From NCBI GenBank assembly GCA_000934665.2, contig KZ538287.1:62001-89100 (forward strand): 27,100 nucleotides of DNA, read 5' to 3'. Numbering within the stretch: position 1 is the stretch's first letter; every line of letters starts with the position of its first letter. The stretch is from Catajapyx aquilonaris. Taxonomy: Eukaryota. Positions 13,087 through 25,137 of this stretch are shown piece after piece. The notes beneath the pieces are model-generated. The model searched no databases. It saw nothing but the letters and a program-made list of their open reading frames with translations, and was not told where the DNA came from. The translations under genes and the position numbers were made by a program.

Positions 13087-15491
13087 ATTAAAAATTTTAA
13101 AAAAATTTAATTAAAATCTGCATACTAAGAACTGAGCACATGCTTAATTTTTAAAGTAATTAACATGAGTAAAATTTTATTGATTCAAAAAAGTCCCATC
13201 ATTTCCTCATCTTCTCATTTAATTGGGTGGACAACGGTCACTCGACTCTCATTCATTCGTTCATTCATTCATCCTGAACATCCCTACTAACCCTCTGGAC
13301 CCCAAGTAGCCCAAACCATCACCTCCAAAAAATCAAACAAGAAGAACAGACCTAAAAAAAAGTCACGCAAGGAAAGAGCAAAAGGGAAAGGGGGGGCCCA
13401 GGCGTGTCTATAACTCAAAAGGAGAGTCCCACAAAAGCGTTCCCTCCCGCTATCTACGGTGGGCATCGTTCACTTTGGCATTTTTACTTTGTTGCCCGTG
13501 GAGAACTCTCCTTGAAAAGAACGTGACCACTCAGCAAAAGAAGGGGGGGTAGGTGGTAAGGGGTGGTAAGTCTAGAAGAAGAAGAAAAAAAAAAGAAAGA
13601 AGAAGAGGAAGAAGTGAGGGCACCCCAGAAAAAGGAGGGCCTTCAAATATCCCTGCCAGATGACTCTTGGTTGGTAGTGATTTACGGTCATTGGGGCAGT
13701 ATATCTTGTTTTGGGAAGCAACGATTGTTGGCTACCAACAATTTGACTGGGGTTATTTGGTCTGGGAATAGCCACTGGTTACGTCAAGAAGATGACCACT
13801 CTCTCAAGCAGAAAATCTTGTCTTATACGTACTACTAGCAGGATACCCTCGGGTTATGAAATTCTTTGCAATGAATCGATGTATCGATGCTACATTCGGG
13901 GTTCCTGCTTTTCTGCCACTTCACCTCCTGCGGCCAAGGATGACCTCGGAGGTCAGGTCCAATGTGCTAAAAACCTTCCCCGTTAAAAACTACCCCTTAT
14001 CATTCCCCTGGGGCATATGTCTAGGCCTCCGTATTGATTTGCATCGGGAACGTACAGACGTTTGGAAATTTGTATTGAAATTGAAATTGAAAAAATTGAA
14101 ATCGAAATTAGATTATACGACACAAATCATAAATTTTGCGCATATTTTGGAACATTTTCATCAATCAGCAGCACGACTCTCAATAGTACCATTGGGTATC
14201 TCGGACAGCTTTATACATAATTTTTTTAAATTTATTTTAAAATATTAGGAGACCCACTGTTTTAACCCCAAAGATACACATATTTTTTGTCCACCTACAA
14301 ATGGTTTGCGTGAGGGTAAAAAAGGCTCAGTAAATCAGAGCCTTCATTTGTTACTCGTCATCTTCCGTTTCCCGGAGCGCGTCGGATGTAAATTGGGTCT
14401 TTAGGTGATAATTAAGACCCAGTGGGTAGTGGCTATGAATTAATGATTTGGTAGGGGGTGCAAAAAAAGAGGGGGGGACCCCCAGACACAAAAAGGTAGT
14501 TCGGAAATTTGCGGTCCAGTAATCACGCTTGGGAAATAAAAGGCTGGGGAAGGAAGGAAGACTGTACCAACAACACAGCAATGTTTCAACGGCCCTTTTT
14601 ATGTCAGCTCGTCAGAATATAAACGGTGGTGACAATATTGTGCATGCTTGATCAAAGCCGTAATGACGGTATTATTGTCCCTCTAACAATAGCAACGAAG
14701 TGTCAATCAGCATCGCGCATTAATACCTTACAGTTCTGGGTACATTACTGTACGTGTCATTCCAATAGAGTTGAACGGAATTTTTGAAACAGCAGTGAAA
14801 TTTTTTACAACTGAAAATACTTTAGAAAACACGCTGAAATTTTGATCGTCAAAAATTATTTGCAAAAAATATTTTGACGCGCAATTATTGGTCTCAAACG
14901 ATGACACTAGTTATATAAAATTAGAGCGATAAATAATACGAAAAATCCTAAATCAACAAAAGGAAGCGACTGAACAAAGTCGTAAATATGTCCTCAAACG
15001 TGTGACATTATGGTCCGCACGATATTAATTGGGTTCTAAAATGCGTGACTGGTATCAAAATAGGTCCTCGAGATATCGCGGTGTGTCATTGCGTGCGATT
15101 TATTATGTTGACACATTCCGTCAGTCCCCGTAACCTTAGACTAGTTGAGCGTTCTGTAAATACGTAAGGAAGTGTCATAGATCAAGGCGTCATTACTGAT
15201 CAACAACCTCCGAATGTCTTAATGTCTCCAAAGTGTCTTGTAACAATCCGTCACCAATATCAACCAATATCTCTACCAAACAGATACGTATAACAATGGC
15301 AGAAAAGTAAGGTGGCAATGAATTCATCCGCCTAATCAGCCGACAAGACATTCAGGGTCGACCGCTGATTGGCTCGAGAATTCCAGCAGCATCTTGTTAC
15401 CATTCTTTAGGCATGCCCCAGATGCCTCCACTTCAACAATAATGTTTCGTGTCACATTCAACCAAGAGAGGCAGGCAAGTGAAGGCCTTAC

Positions 15492-15831
15492 CTGGCGGAC
15501 ATACGCACTCGTTGATCTCCCTAACGGCGCGCACGTGAGCCTGTGGCATGACTCCAGCCTCCATCAGCCTGGCCTGCAACATCTCCTGGAGCCTACCCTC
15601 CAGTTCGGCCCTTATTCGGCCAGGGTCCATCCCAGCCACCTCCATCTCCAGAGCCTCCAGTCGGCGCTCCAGCACCAGCTCCCGGTAGCTAAAGTACCCT
15701 CCAAGAAGGACGCTAACAGCGCTCAAGCAGCACAAGAACAAACCCACGGAACCGGACACCACTGGCTGCTGCTGCTTTGCACGGTCCACCCTGTACCGAC
15801 AATGCACACCCGCAGTTTTCTGCACTTCCAT
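15492..15831 (-). CDS. First coding exon (113 codons + 1 nt) of a MACIT-family transmembrane collagen (collagen XXIII/XXV/XIII-like; Drosophila CG42342 / C. elegans col-99-like)
   Basis: The start context is good (gcgacaATGG) with an in-frame TGA 27 nt upstream, and the segment is GC-rich and codon-like. The peptide has a ~23-aa N-tail, a hydrophobic stretch VVSGSVGLFLCCLSAVSVLLGGYFSY, a coiled-coil-like segment RELVLERRLEALEMEV...LEGRLQEMLQARL, and a minimal furin site RAVR. It then reads EINECVCPPG, closely resembling my recollection of the collagen XXIII junction R-T-A-R-E-A-P-S-E-C-V-C-P-P-G. The exon ends at a canonical donor CCAG|GTAAGG splitting the first Gly codon (phase 1). The Gly-X-Y domain itself is not in the window. 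Confidence 0.88.
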
Positions 15832-15887
15832 TGTCGCTAACTGGACCGCACCACTTCACTTATACATCGCTCAGCACTCGAAACACC

Positions 15888-15921
15888 CGACTGGATCCGA
15901 GGAGGAGTCTCCGGCGACTGA
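15888..15921 (-). promoter_or_regulatory. TATA-less Inr+DPE core promoter of the collagen gene, predicted TSS 15919, 88-nt 5'UTR
   Basis: The minus strand reads TCAGTC (arthropod initiator, A+1 = 15919). AGTCG, matching the DPE consensus RGWYV, starts exactly at +28 (15892). The surroundings are GC/CpG-rich and there is no TATA box at -30. Confidence 0.6.
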
Positions 15922-16094
15922 ACCCGCGCTCCTCTAAGCCTACCCCCGGTCGGCTACCCCCACACCCAGCCCCGGCTCCTCTCTCGGCGCAAGACCAACA
16001 CAAGTCACACCCCCCCCCCATCCCACAGGCACTGGACATGGACGACTACTAACAGGATTATATCCATCCATTACTACCCTAAGGTATAAAAGAG

Positions 16095-16932
16095 GGAACG
16101 CTATTAGGGCCTGCTAAAATAGTGAACATTATTAGGACCTATAATAAGGAACGCCTTTAGTGGCTATACTAATAATAAGGAACTCTATTACTACTACTAT
16201 TAGTGGCTACTCACTCGTATATTAATGAACGAGCTATTAATAGGACCTCATAAAGAACGCTTTATATGGCCTGCTAAAAATAATGAACAATATCAGGGCC
16301 TACTAATAATAACCTCTATTAGGGCCTACTAATAATAAGGGGTGGAATTTTCATCCCACTGCGAGTTACTGATAGCTTAGCTGTACCAGTGCTGGGGGTG
16401 GTAAGTTAGAAGCAACTACTGTATATAGCAGTAGGACGAATATTCAGCCAATGAACGCTATTAGTGGCTACTAATAATAAGGAACGCTATTACTGAGAAC
16501 GTACAAATTATGAAGAATTATATTAGAGCCTATTAATAATAAGGAGCGCTAGCAGTATTAATAATAAGGAACACTATTAGGGCCTCCTAATAATAAGGAA
16601 CGCTATTAGAGCCTACTAATATTAAGGAACGCTATATTACTGAGGACCTACATGTAATAAGTACCGTACCTAATTCTATTAGAGCCTACTAATAATTAGT
16701 GCTATTAGGGTATACTAACAATAAGGAGCGCTATTAGTACTAATAATAAGGAACTCTTAGTGGCTGCTACTAATAATAAGAAACTCTTATGGGCTGGTGG
16801 CTACTAATAATAAGGAACCTATTAAGGCCTTCTAACATTAAAGAACGCTATTAGGGCCTCCTAATAATAAGGAACGCTATTAGAGCCTACTAATAAGAAT
16901 GAACGCTATTATTAGGACCTACTAATAATAAT
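16095..16932. repeat. 29-bp minisatellite, ~25 degenerate copies, consensus CTACTAATAATAAGGAACGCTATTAGGGC, interrupted at ~16341-16449
   Basis: Tandem units are visible, best preserved at ~16560-16930. The array begins ~175 bp upstream of the predicted collagen TSS. Confidence 0.92.
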
Positions 16933-19838
16933 ACTGAACTGTACGATGCTGTATTTTTCAAATGTTTCAAACAATCGACCCACTGACCAATTCTTGCCCA
17001 GACATACCGTAAGAACAAAGCAAAGCAGACCAGTTGCTAGAGTGAACAATCCACAACTTTGCTCCTTGAACAACTGTAAATTATTATCCGGCATATTTTC
17101 AACTAATAGCTTCCATCCAAGAAAAAGTTTGCAGTCCTGAAACTTTTGCTATTTAAATAATATTTCATTTTCCAATAGTCTGAACAAAAACTCAATAAGT
17201 GCAGGCTCCAAATTTATTCCTTCCGCAACCGACATTTTCCTTCTTCTGCCTATACTACCCATAATTCGAATCAGAACGTGCCTATAGTATGGAACGGGTT
17301 TAAGGGCATGCGGCATGGGGAGAACGAAGAAGAAGAAGAAGAAGGACACACACAAAAAAGGACGAAGGAAAAGGGAACTCCTAAAATGTATACACGGTTG
17401 GGTAGATGGAAGTTTTTGGTGGGTGCCTGCCCTGGGATACAAGTTGCCAGTCTGTCTCGCAAGTTTTCTTCCAGACCATTTGGAGCCTCGCCAGTTCCAA
17501 TTTACGGTGGGCCCAACCAAAATCCTTTGATGATGCAAAAGATGTTTTCTGCACTCCGGGTCTATTCCATGGGTAACTTTTTTTTTCTAAGTCTTTCTTA
17601 CCACCCGGTGCTCTCTTCTCGCTTTTTTTTGCCATCCAAACTTGGCCTTTTGTTATGGAAACTGCGTCCGGAGTAATCAAGATTTACAGATGAGCACGTT
17701 GAAAAACGGTTCTCTTTAGGTTCAGATTTAAGAGTCGGGGAACGAGGCGTGGAAATGAAATGTAGGAATAGCACAAAAAAAATTGTAGCTAAAAAAATCA
17801 TATTTTAAAAATAAAATACGAACCTGCAATTAGGTAATATAGCTACACTACAAAGCTATTTTAAACCCACAAAAGTACTGAGCTTGCATCAGTACGAATA
17901 GATAACAAAAAAAATCAAGTGTCATCTGCAGGTTGCTTGTGGCAATAAATAAACAAGTGGGCCATAGTCATAAGCAGAGCGTGCAGTAATGCAACATGAT
18001 GCAGCGAGACGCATCAGAGTGCAGCGTGATGAGACGTCCTATTATGCCTCAGGCTTCATGATGCACCAGACCAAAAAGTTCCGTCGAGAGTTTATATACA
18101 TACACACACACTAGGTTGATCCCCATCTTCTCCCGACGGGGGTTCTTTTTCATGGCCGCTACATAAATAAGTCATGGAAAAATACCTGGCGCCTTGTTCT
18201 TTTCCAGAGCTAAGTATTCCCGGAGCTATCAGTTATAGTCTGCTAACTCAGGGTCCTTCTGTTATTGTATTGACGACAAGTGCATGTATCAAATTTTGAG
18301 AAATTATTGCGCTGAAGCATATCTATGGTGTGAATGCATTCATTTTATTTTTTTGTTTAGAGCTGTTTATGATCCATAATAATGTATTGCGTTGTGAAAT
18401 TTTTATGATTGTCACACTGAATATGACATGATAATCAGTTGGCCTATTAATATTGTTTAATATTTTGTTCAATATATTATATGAATAATAATTTTCCCAA
18501 TTTCATTCCCTATTGCAATGTTACGATATTTATACGTACCGTATATTTATCGTATATTTGCAATTTTTCTGCACGTTACATCATAATTTTTTGGCACTTC
18601 ATACATTTTTAATGTTACGTTTTCGGTTTTTAACAAATCAGTCATTAGCTCTCTCCATTTTATGCATATATATTTTAGTAGCTACTATTTGTACCGTAAC
18701 AGTCTTTTAAAAGTGGTTTGACAGTACCGGTATGTCAACAATATTTCTCAGAATTAAACTTTGTTTTCCAGCCTTTACAGTATTAATATATTTTGTGCCG
18801 CACTTGCAAATAAGATTAGCAGAGAGTAGACACTGGAAATCCAGCAAAAGCTGTTACTGTACTTCATCGGAAAACCTACCTTTTTGAAATCATATTAATG
18901 TATATTACAACTAATAACTTCAAAAGCATATTATTCCAATAATATTGCACAACATTTGTAGTCTTCATGTGCTCTCAATTATGCTTTTGCCTCCAAACAT
19001 GAAGTTTGTTTGCACATTTTTCCTAAGCCTATCCTTGACACATTTTCAGCATATCTTTATTTTTCTTGCACAGTACGTACAGTATACAAATTCTAAGATT
19101 CAGAAAGGCGTATACGACAGACATTACTTTGAGAGAGTGCCAGAATTCCATCGCAATTTTTTTTTGCGCGTGCCAGTGTTTACAAGGATGCTCATCACTC
19201 GTCTGATCCCATTATATCTTCGTCTAGCAGCACTCGGTCGGTGAGTGTACCATTTCAAAGGGCTTCTAATCATCTCCGGTTCCGCCAAATTACAAGGCAG
19301 CAAGGAGAAAAATCAAGACCGGCTGCGGCATGCAATTGAGTCATTCACAAATTAATGATCCAGGCTTGTTTCCACAATCATTTCGACTCTGATATCATAT
19401 TCAGCCTGCTTTCATATGCAAAGAGTATACAACATGTTCTAATTTGCTCCAGAGCCAGTGAAATATTTACATCTGGTTTTTACTGTAGGTACAGTATATT
19501 TATAAACGGATTTACTATGTTAGCTTATGATTGTAAGCACTTCTATTATTAATTATTAATTGCAGGAACGTTGTCTGGAAAAGTCTATTCTGGCATTGTC
19601 TTCGTTTTCTTTAGAAAAAATTCATAAAATTTTTTCACGTATTTCACACATCCTTCCCCATTTTTATTGGAAATATAGGCATTTAAAAATTTCATCAAAA
19701 GGACAATAAGTGGTATGAAAGGCATTGAGCAAACAAAAATAAATTCACTGCATCTATAATATTAAAATCCTTCGTTGTGTGAGCGAGGCTTCTAATTGGC
19801 CCGCCGTATATTGTTTGCCCGACGATTCCGATTTGCCT

Positions 19839-19898
19839 CCGTTCTGCGCCTGCGCAATGGGGAAATTCAGCGCCTCCGGTGGATGGCAGGAGGAACTA
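19839..19898. repeat. Dispersed 60-bp element, copy 1
   Basis: It is identical at 50/60 positions, ungapped and in the same orientation, to 25138-25197. Confidence 0.85.
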
Positions 19899-20740
19899 AT
19901 CTAAAACATAAATCCTGATAAATAACTGTACTGGCCATTCCTATATATCCGATTGGCTCCCCTTAACCGCACCGGTCAATAGCCGACCCCCCTGATTGGC
20001 TAAAAGACAGATGGCCTCTTAATCCGGCCAATCCGTCCCCCTCATGCAACTCTTTCTCTTATCTTTTTTTGTGTGTGTGTGATCCTATTTTATTTTCCGG
20101 CCAAGCTTTGAGGCCGCAAAACAGAGCCCGGTTTGTCCCCTACCGGTTCCGCCTCGTTTGTCTCCCCTCTGGTAGCCCCCTTTTTGCCCCCCTGAGCCCC
20201 CCTTTTCCTGCTTCTTACGTAATAAAATGGGTCAACGCCCAATCCTTCCCAAGCTGGAAGCGAGGGGGACAAATGGCCCATGTCGACCACTGATTCATGC
20301 ACAAACGTCATTCCTTCAAGCCTTCCGCTGTCTGCATGCGACAGGGAATTAATTTCCAGGCTTTGTCCTTCCCTTTTGTCTATTATAACCCCCCTTCACC
20401 CATCTTGACTTCCTTATCGCCAAAAACAAATCTCCGGACTTGTTTCTTGCCATTATCTTATTGTTCTTAGGGAGGGTTTTGTTGCGGATCGCAACTGTTC
20501 ATGATAAGCTACCAAGTCAGAGGGGGGGTTTTAATGTATTGCAGCAAAACGTGGGGCACGTGCCAGTGACGTTTTGCCTGCTCGGTGCCAAGTGGGTTAT
20601 TAGCATGCCATAATTACACTGGAAGTAGTTTGCACAAATTTTGGGGGTAGTTTGAATCGTAAAATGACCGCAAGTATTGACAATTGCACAGAAATGTAGC
20701 AAGCAAGAACTGGTTTTACTATTTACTGTTTGGTAGGCTT

Positions 20741-21125
20741 AATAATAATTTAAAGAGAATGTTAATAATTTATTAGAATTGTAATAATATTAATAATTTA
20801 TTAGAATTGTAATAATATTAATAATTTATTAGAATTGTAAACATGATTATGACGGCCTGTCCCCCCCCCCTATATTGGCAATTGCCACAGGGGGTAACAC
20901 AAATAAATAAATAAATTTATTAGAATTGTAATAATATTAATAATTTATTAGAATTGCAATAATATTAATAATTTATCAGAATAAACTTGTATAATTTATT
21001 AGAATAAATTTGTATTAATAATTTATCGGAATAAATTTGTATTAATAATTTATTAGAATATTTGTATTGATAATTTATGACAATAAGTTTGTATTAATGA
21101 TTCACTGATTATAATAGGTTTGTAT
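20741..21125. repeat. 28-bp AT-rich minisatellite (TTAATAATTTATTAGAATTGTAATAATA drifting to TAATAATTTATCAGAATAAATTTGTAT)
   Basis: Perfect units start at 20762 and 20790, and units diverge progressively to the right. Confidence 0.9.
20841..20913 (+). mobile_element. Severely 5'-truncated non-LTR retroposon (LINE/SINE 3' end) inserted in the minisatellite
   Basis: This 73-bp GC-richer insert has a stem-loop CCCCCT-ATAT-TGGCAATTGCCA-C-AGGGGG and an (AAAT)n tail. It is flanked by the 18-bp direct repeat AATTTATTAGAATTGTAA (20823-20840 and 20914-20931). The TSD is ambiguous because the target is itself tandemly repeated. Confidence 0.65.
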
Positions 21126-23491
21126 TAATCATTTTATCACAACTTTAATATTCTAATATCGATAATAATAAGACCAGCCTATATCAATAATCTAATATGA
21201 ATATCAATATTATCGATGATCTAATGTGGATATAAATAATAAGCTACAAAATATTAATAAAATTAATAATTAAAATCATAGGAATACCAATAATAATATA
21301 ATAAGTATATTAAACCCGGTAGTCTACTCTAACAAGAATATTAAAATAATAATTAATAATGATAAGAATATGAAATGATTATGAAATAATAATCGCGCAT
21401 GTAAGTCATTCAGTAAATTATGCCAAATGTCACCTTAAACCTACCTATATTTTTAATCCGTCCGCATTTTCCAGTGCGTCACGACTGATTAAGGAAATCA
21501 CATCGTAACATGACAGAAAGCACACAAATTGATGGGGATATTGATTGGTGGCAGTGATTGACTGCCGGAAACGACTCACAGGCCAGACTTCCTCAACACC
21601 AGCACCATTATTACTGGGACATGCGAAGAAAAAATTATAGGGATTGGAAGCGTTATAGGGGTTCTGTCGGGTATGGAAAGCGCGTAATCCGATGATTAAT
21701 CTGTCGATTTTAATTAAACCTGCATCAGAGAGTGTGATAAAAAAGGAGGTCCAAAAAACAGTACTTTTGTACTTGGCCAACAGAGAATGCGTCAAACTAC
21801 ATTGAGCCAACCGCCTGGCAGGATTCGTTCGGTTTTCTCCAGAGACTATTATTCAGCCTGACCTGTCCTGTTCGATTTTGGAGTCAACTATTCAAATCCG
21901 TGTTATCAGACCCGATGGAAAAGGCGACGCGGAAAGGCCGGTGGGAATATTTTGGATTTTATCTTTTTAACTTTTCTCAACCTACTTGTTGCAATAGGCG
22001 GGACCCGAGATAAACCCATATGAAATACATGTCTTGTTCAATGTCACTGCGAGAGAAAAGTATGAGTTGTGACCGTAATTCTTGCAAAGGCTGGCTCAAA
22101 TAATATTGAATGTTGCATGCAAAGAGCGAAGCTTCATCCTTGCCAGTTATGCAACTGAACTGGCGGTGTAAGGAGGTTGGTATACCTCCCAGGAGCAATG
22201 TACTGTACTATCAGCAATTATTTTGAATGTTATTAGAAAATATTTATTAATTACTTATATTATTTTGCAATTCAATGATGTTATTTTAGCAGTTTATTCT
22301 GTTCATTTTATTTTTATTTGTAGGTTCGTGCAATTTACGTGTGCATATTTGTTATTATAATAAGACTACTTATTTACATGTTCCATGTTATGTAAATATA
22401 AAAATGTAGGCGAATCGTAAATAATCGATGCTTATTTTATATCCATTTATTTATTGTTTTGCCTGTCATTATTTTTGAGTGATATTATATGAAATTACTT
22501 ATTCCTTATTTATTTATATCGTATGCTTTCTTTTCAATATTTTAATTTATTATAATTTAGAATTGATTAAAACATTTGAACTATGAAATATTTTTAGAAT
22601 TATTGAAGCATATTTTTGAGGCGGAGTAGAGGCGCCAATTTTCTAAGCTGCACTGCTATAACTCGTTTCAATTACAACAGTTGATGACGACAGCATTTTG
22701 TGACAAAGATTGTCTTCTGCAGCCTTTTTTTTTGTTTCTTTGCCTCCCCCTCGCTGGCTTTCCTTTACAGCCACAAATCTAGAGTGTAACTGCATCACGA
22801 CAGGAACAATTCAGTTCCACTCTTCCTGACGACAGTTTGACACTTTTGTCTCTGATCTGAATCCACATGAAGTGGAACTGTGTGTATAGATCGTCAAACA
22901 AGAAGTAAAAAAAAAAGGTGGGGGGGAGCTGAAGAAGGAAGTAGAAATCGCTCTACTTTTTCAAACTTTTGAAACGTAAAACTTAGTTTTTTTTCCTTAT
23001 CCCACTTGAGAGCTAAAGAGTGTAGCACAGTTTTGCAAAAGTAAAAGATAAGAGCTGGGTATGCAAGTGGAAGGCCACAAGAGACATGCTTTCAAGAAAT
23101 AAAAATTTGTTCTTGGATTGTTGTAAAAAGCTTCCAAGAACAGTTAAACCTTATATATGCACCCACACATTCTGAATAGATAGATCACCTCGATAGCGGC
23201 ACTTTTTATCAAATAGAAAGCAAGGGGCTCAAAATGGACTTACATTCTTCACCACCCTTCCCCCCTATTGGCAATCGTCCCCTCCTCCTCCCATAGAAAA
23301 CCTCAGGGACAGCTCTTTGAAAAGAACTCTGGGAGGGAAACATGTCATCAGACTGGTCATTGTCCACTCTCTTTTCTAGTGACCAGTGAAGGAACTCCCG
23401 CTGGACAAAGCTCGACCTAAGCCTCGACCTTATCATTTCTAATCTTGGTACTTGGACAACTATTACAGGGTGTACCATATATGAAGGAAAA

Positions 23492-23505
23492 TCAGTAGAT
23501 GGCGC
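23492..23505 (+). promoter_or_regulatory. Candidate CTCF-binding site
   Basis: TCAGTAGATGGCGC matches 13/14 positions of CCASYAGRKGGCRC. This is a motif match only. Confidence 0.4.
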
Positions 23506-25137
23506 ATGCTGCTCCTTCCTGAAATTCTGCAGTTTCTTTCAGCCTCCAATGTTGATCCACCCTGTATTTCCCTAGTAACCTGCTAATCGATCCCTATCAC
23601 TGATTATCCCCGCATATGCCTAAGGCCAATATGGAAGCTGGTAGAGGGGACGCATAAAGTTTATCGTCATCGATTGCCATCCTATGATGATGCCGCCGCG
23701 CCAACGGCCACCAACGGCCGCCAAGAAAGAAAAAGAAAAAAAAAATGTCCCCTTAGGACTCAAACTGAATGGTTCCGATGGGAAATACGGTTTCCCGGAT
23801 CGTAAACACGACTAGAATTCCGACCTAAGGCTCCGGGCATTCTCCAAAACGAAAGGGGTGCTATACCCCCCCCCCCCCCNCCCCCCAAAAAAAAAGGAAT
23901 TGAGAGAAAACGGTGCCTTAAGGCGACGGGACAATTACACAGCAGCAGGCAGTCGTCTTGACCCTTGCCTGGGCTCCATGATGGAGAGGTCACGATAGGA
24001 TCTTTTTGGTGGTAGGGGCAGCAAAGGAACGCCCATCAACGGAGGCCTCGTGTAGCATCCAGAAGCAACACACACGCCGTCTCTCTCTTATGTGTTATGG
24101 GGCAACCCTCACATTCACACGGTTGGAGACCCCATTCTATGCATCCAAAACCCGAGAGACAGATTGGGGACACCCTGTTTCTGGTCGGGTACACCTCGTA
24201 TATATCCGGCGATAACATTCAACCCGTTTTGAATGCACGACGAGTCCAAGTAATATCTCCAGGAATTATTTTTGAGTTATATTTACATAGATGGCAGGCT
24301 GTGGAGGAGACGTTTCAGGTCCTGAGTTTGAGCCTCGGATCCGGATGGAAATTGTCTTGTATGCTGGTTTATATTGGCATTAGCAATCAAAATTTTGTCA
24401 TAAATCTGCGTCAAAAATTAATAATTACTGAAGTCATTTAAAAAATTAATTTCAGCACAGCTACTTCCAACTGTTACCAAACTAATAGCTGCTAATATTA
24501 GGCCGAATTATGAACTGAAAATAATGTTTCCGATTGTAAAATCAAACGCAATATTTGAAGGTTTATAAAGTATGGGTACAGTACCTAATATTAGTAGCTA
24601 ATACATTTTAAAATTGAGGCAGTTGGAATAACGATATAATTATTATGAAGTTTGGGTGATATTGCGGGTAAAGAGTGTGAAAAAACCACAAAATGTAATT
24701 TAAGAGTAGAGTGAACTAGCTTACAAAACCCTGGTATCGTGGCGGAGTAATTTGATATCACCTAAAGCTTCCCACCAGTGTAGCCTACTAGTTTCACTAC
24801 AGCTTTTCCCGCAAGTTTGTAAACCAATTAGGTCGTAAAGTCATTACAGAAAAGTTGGTCTCCGGGTGGCCTCCACGCCATTTTATACCAGCCGGACAAT
24901 GACATAAAACAAATAATAGATAATAAAAATATCAAATTAATATATATCAAAAGCAATTGATAGTGAAAGTGAAAGTCATAATATTTAAATTTAAAACGTA
25001 TTAAAATTTTAATTGATTAATGTTATGTCCACAAAGTTAGATAGCATAAAATATGTATGGACTGACAAAAATCTAGAATTATATTAAAAGAGTATTCCTG
25101 GTTGTATGACAGTATGGGTATGCCTTCTGATTGCCCC

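Larger units (their letters stand above)
1..15491 (-). other. Probable first intron of the collagen gene (more than 15 kb; acceptor outside the window)
   Basis: A GTAAG donor lies at 15491-15487. I found no minus-strand Gly-X-Y exon between there and position 1, and the content is repeats and low-complexity DNA. A very small exon could have been missed by eye. Confidence 0.65.

Noticed and set aside
15394..15840. 148-aa plus-strand ORF
   Set aside because: It is the antisense shadow of the real collagen exon, has a TTG start, and shows no recognisable features.
19177..19240. Plus-strand exon-like segment (T-tract..CCAG| ... |GTGAGT)
   Set aside because: It is isolated, with no partner exons or recognisable peptide, and such splice-like pairs are expected by chance.
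7486..21125. CRISPR-like arrays (23-29 bp repeats)
   Set aside because: The units are head-to-tail with no unique spacers, there are no cas genes, and the context is eukaryotic.
8967..23352. Hammerhead ribozyme core CTGATGA (8968, 12280, and minus strand near 23345)
   Set aside because: No stem II followed by GAAA and no cleavage-site helices.
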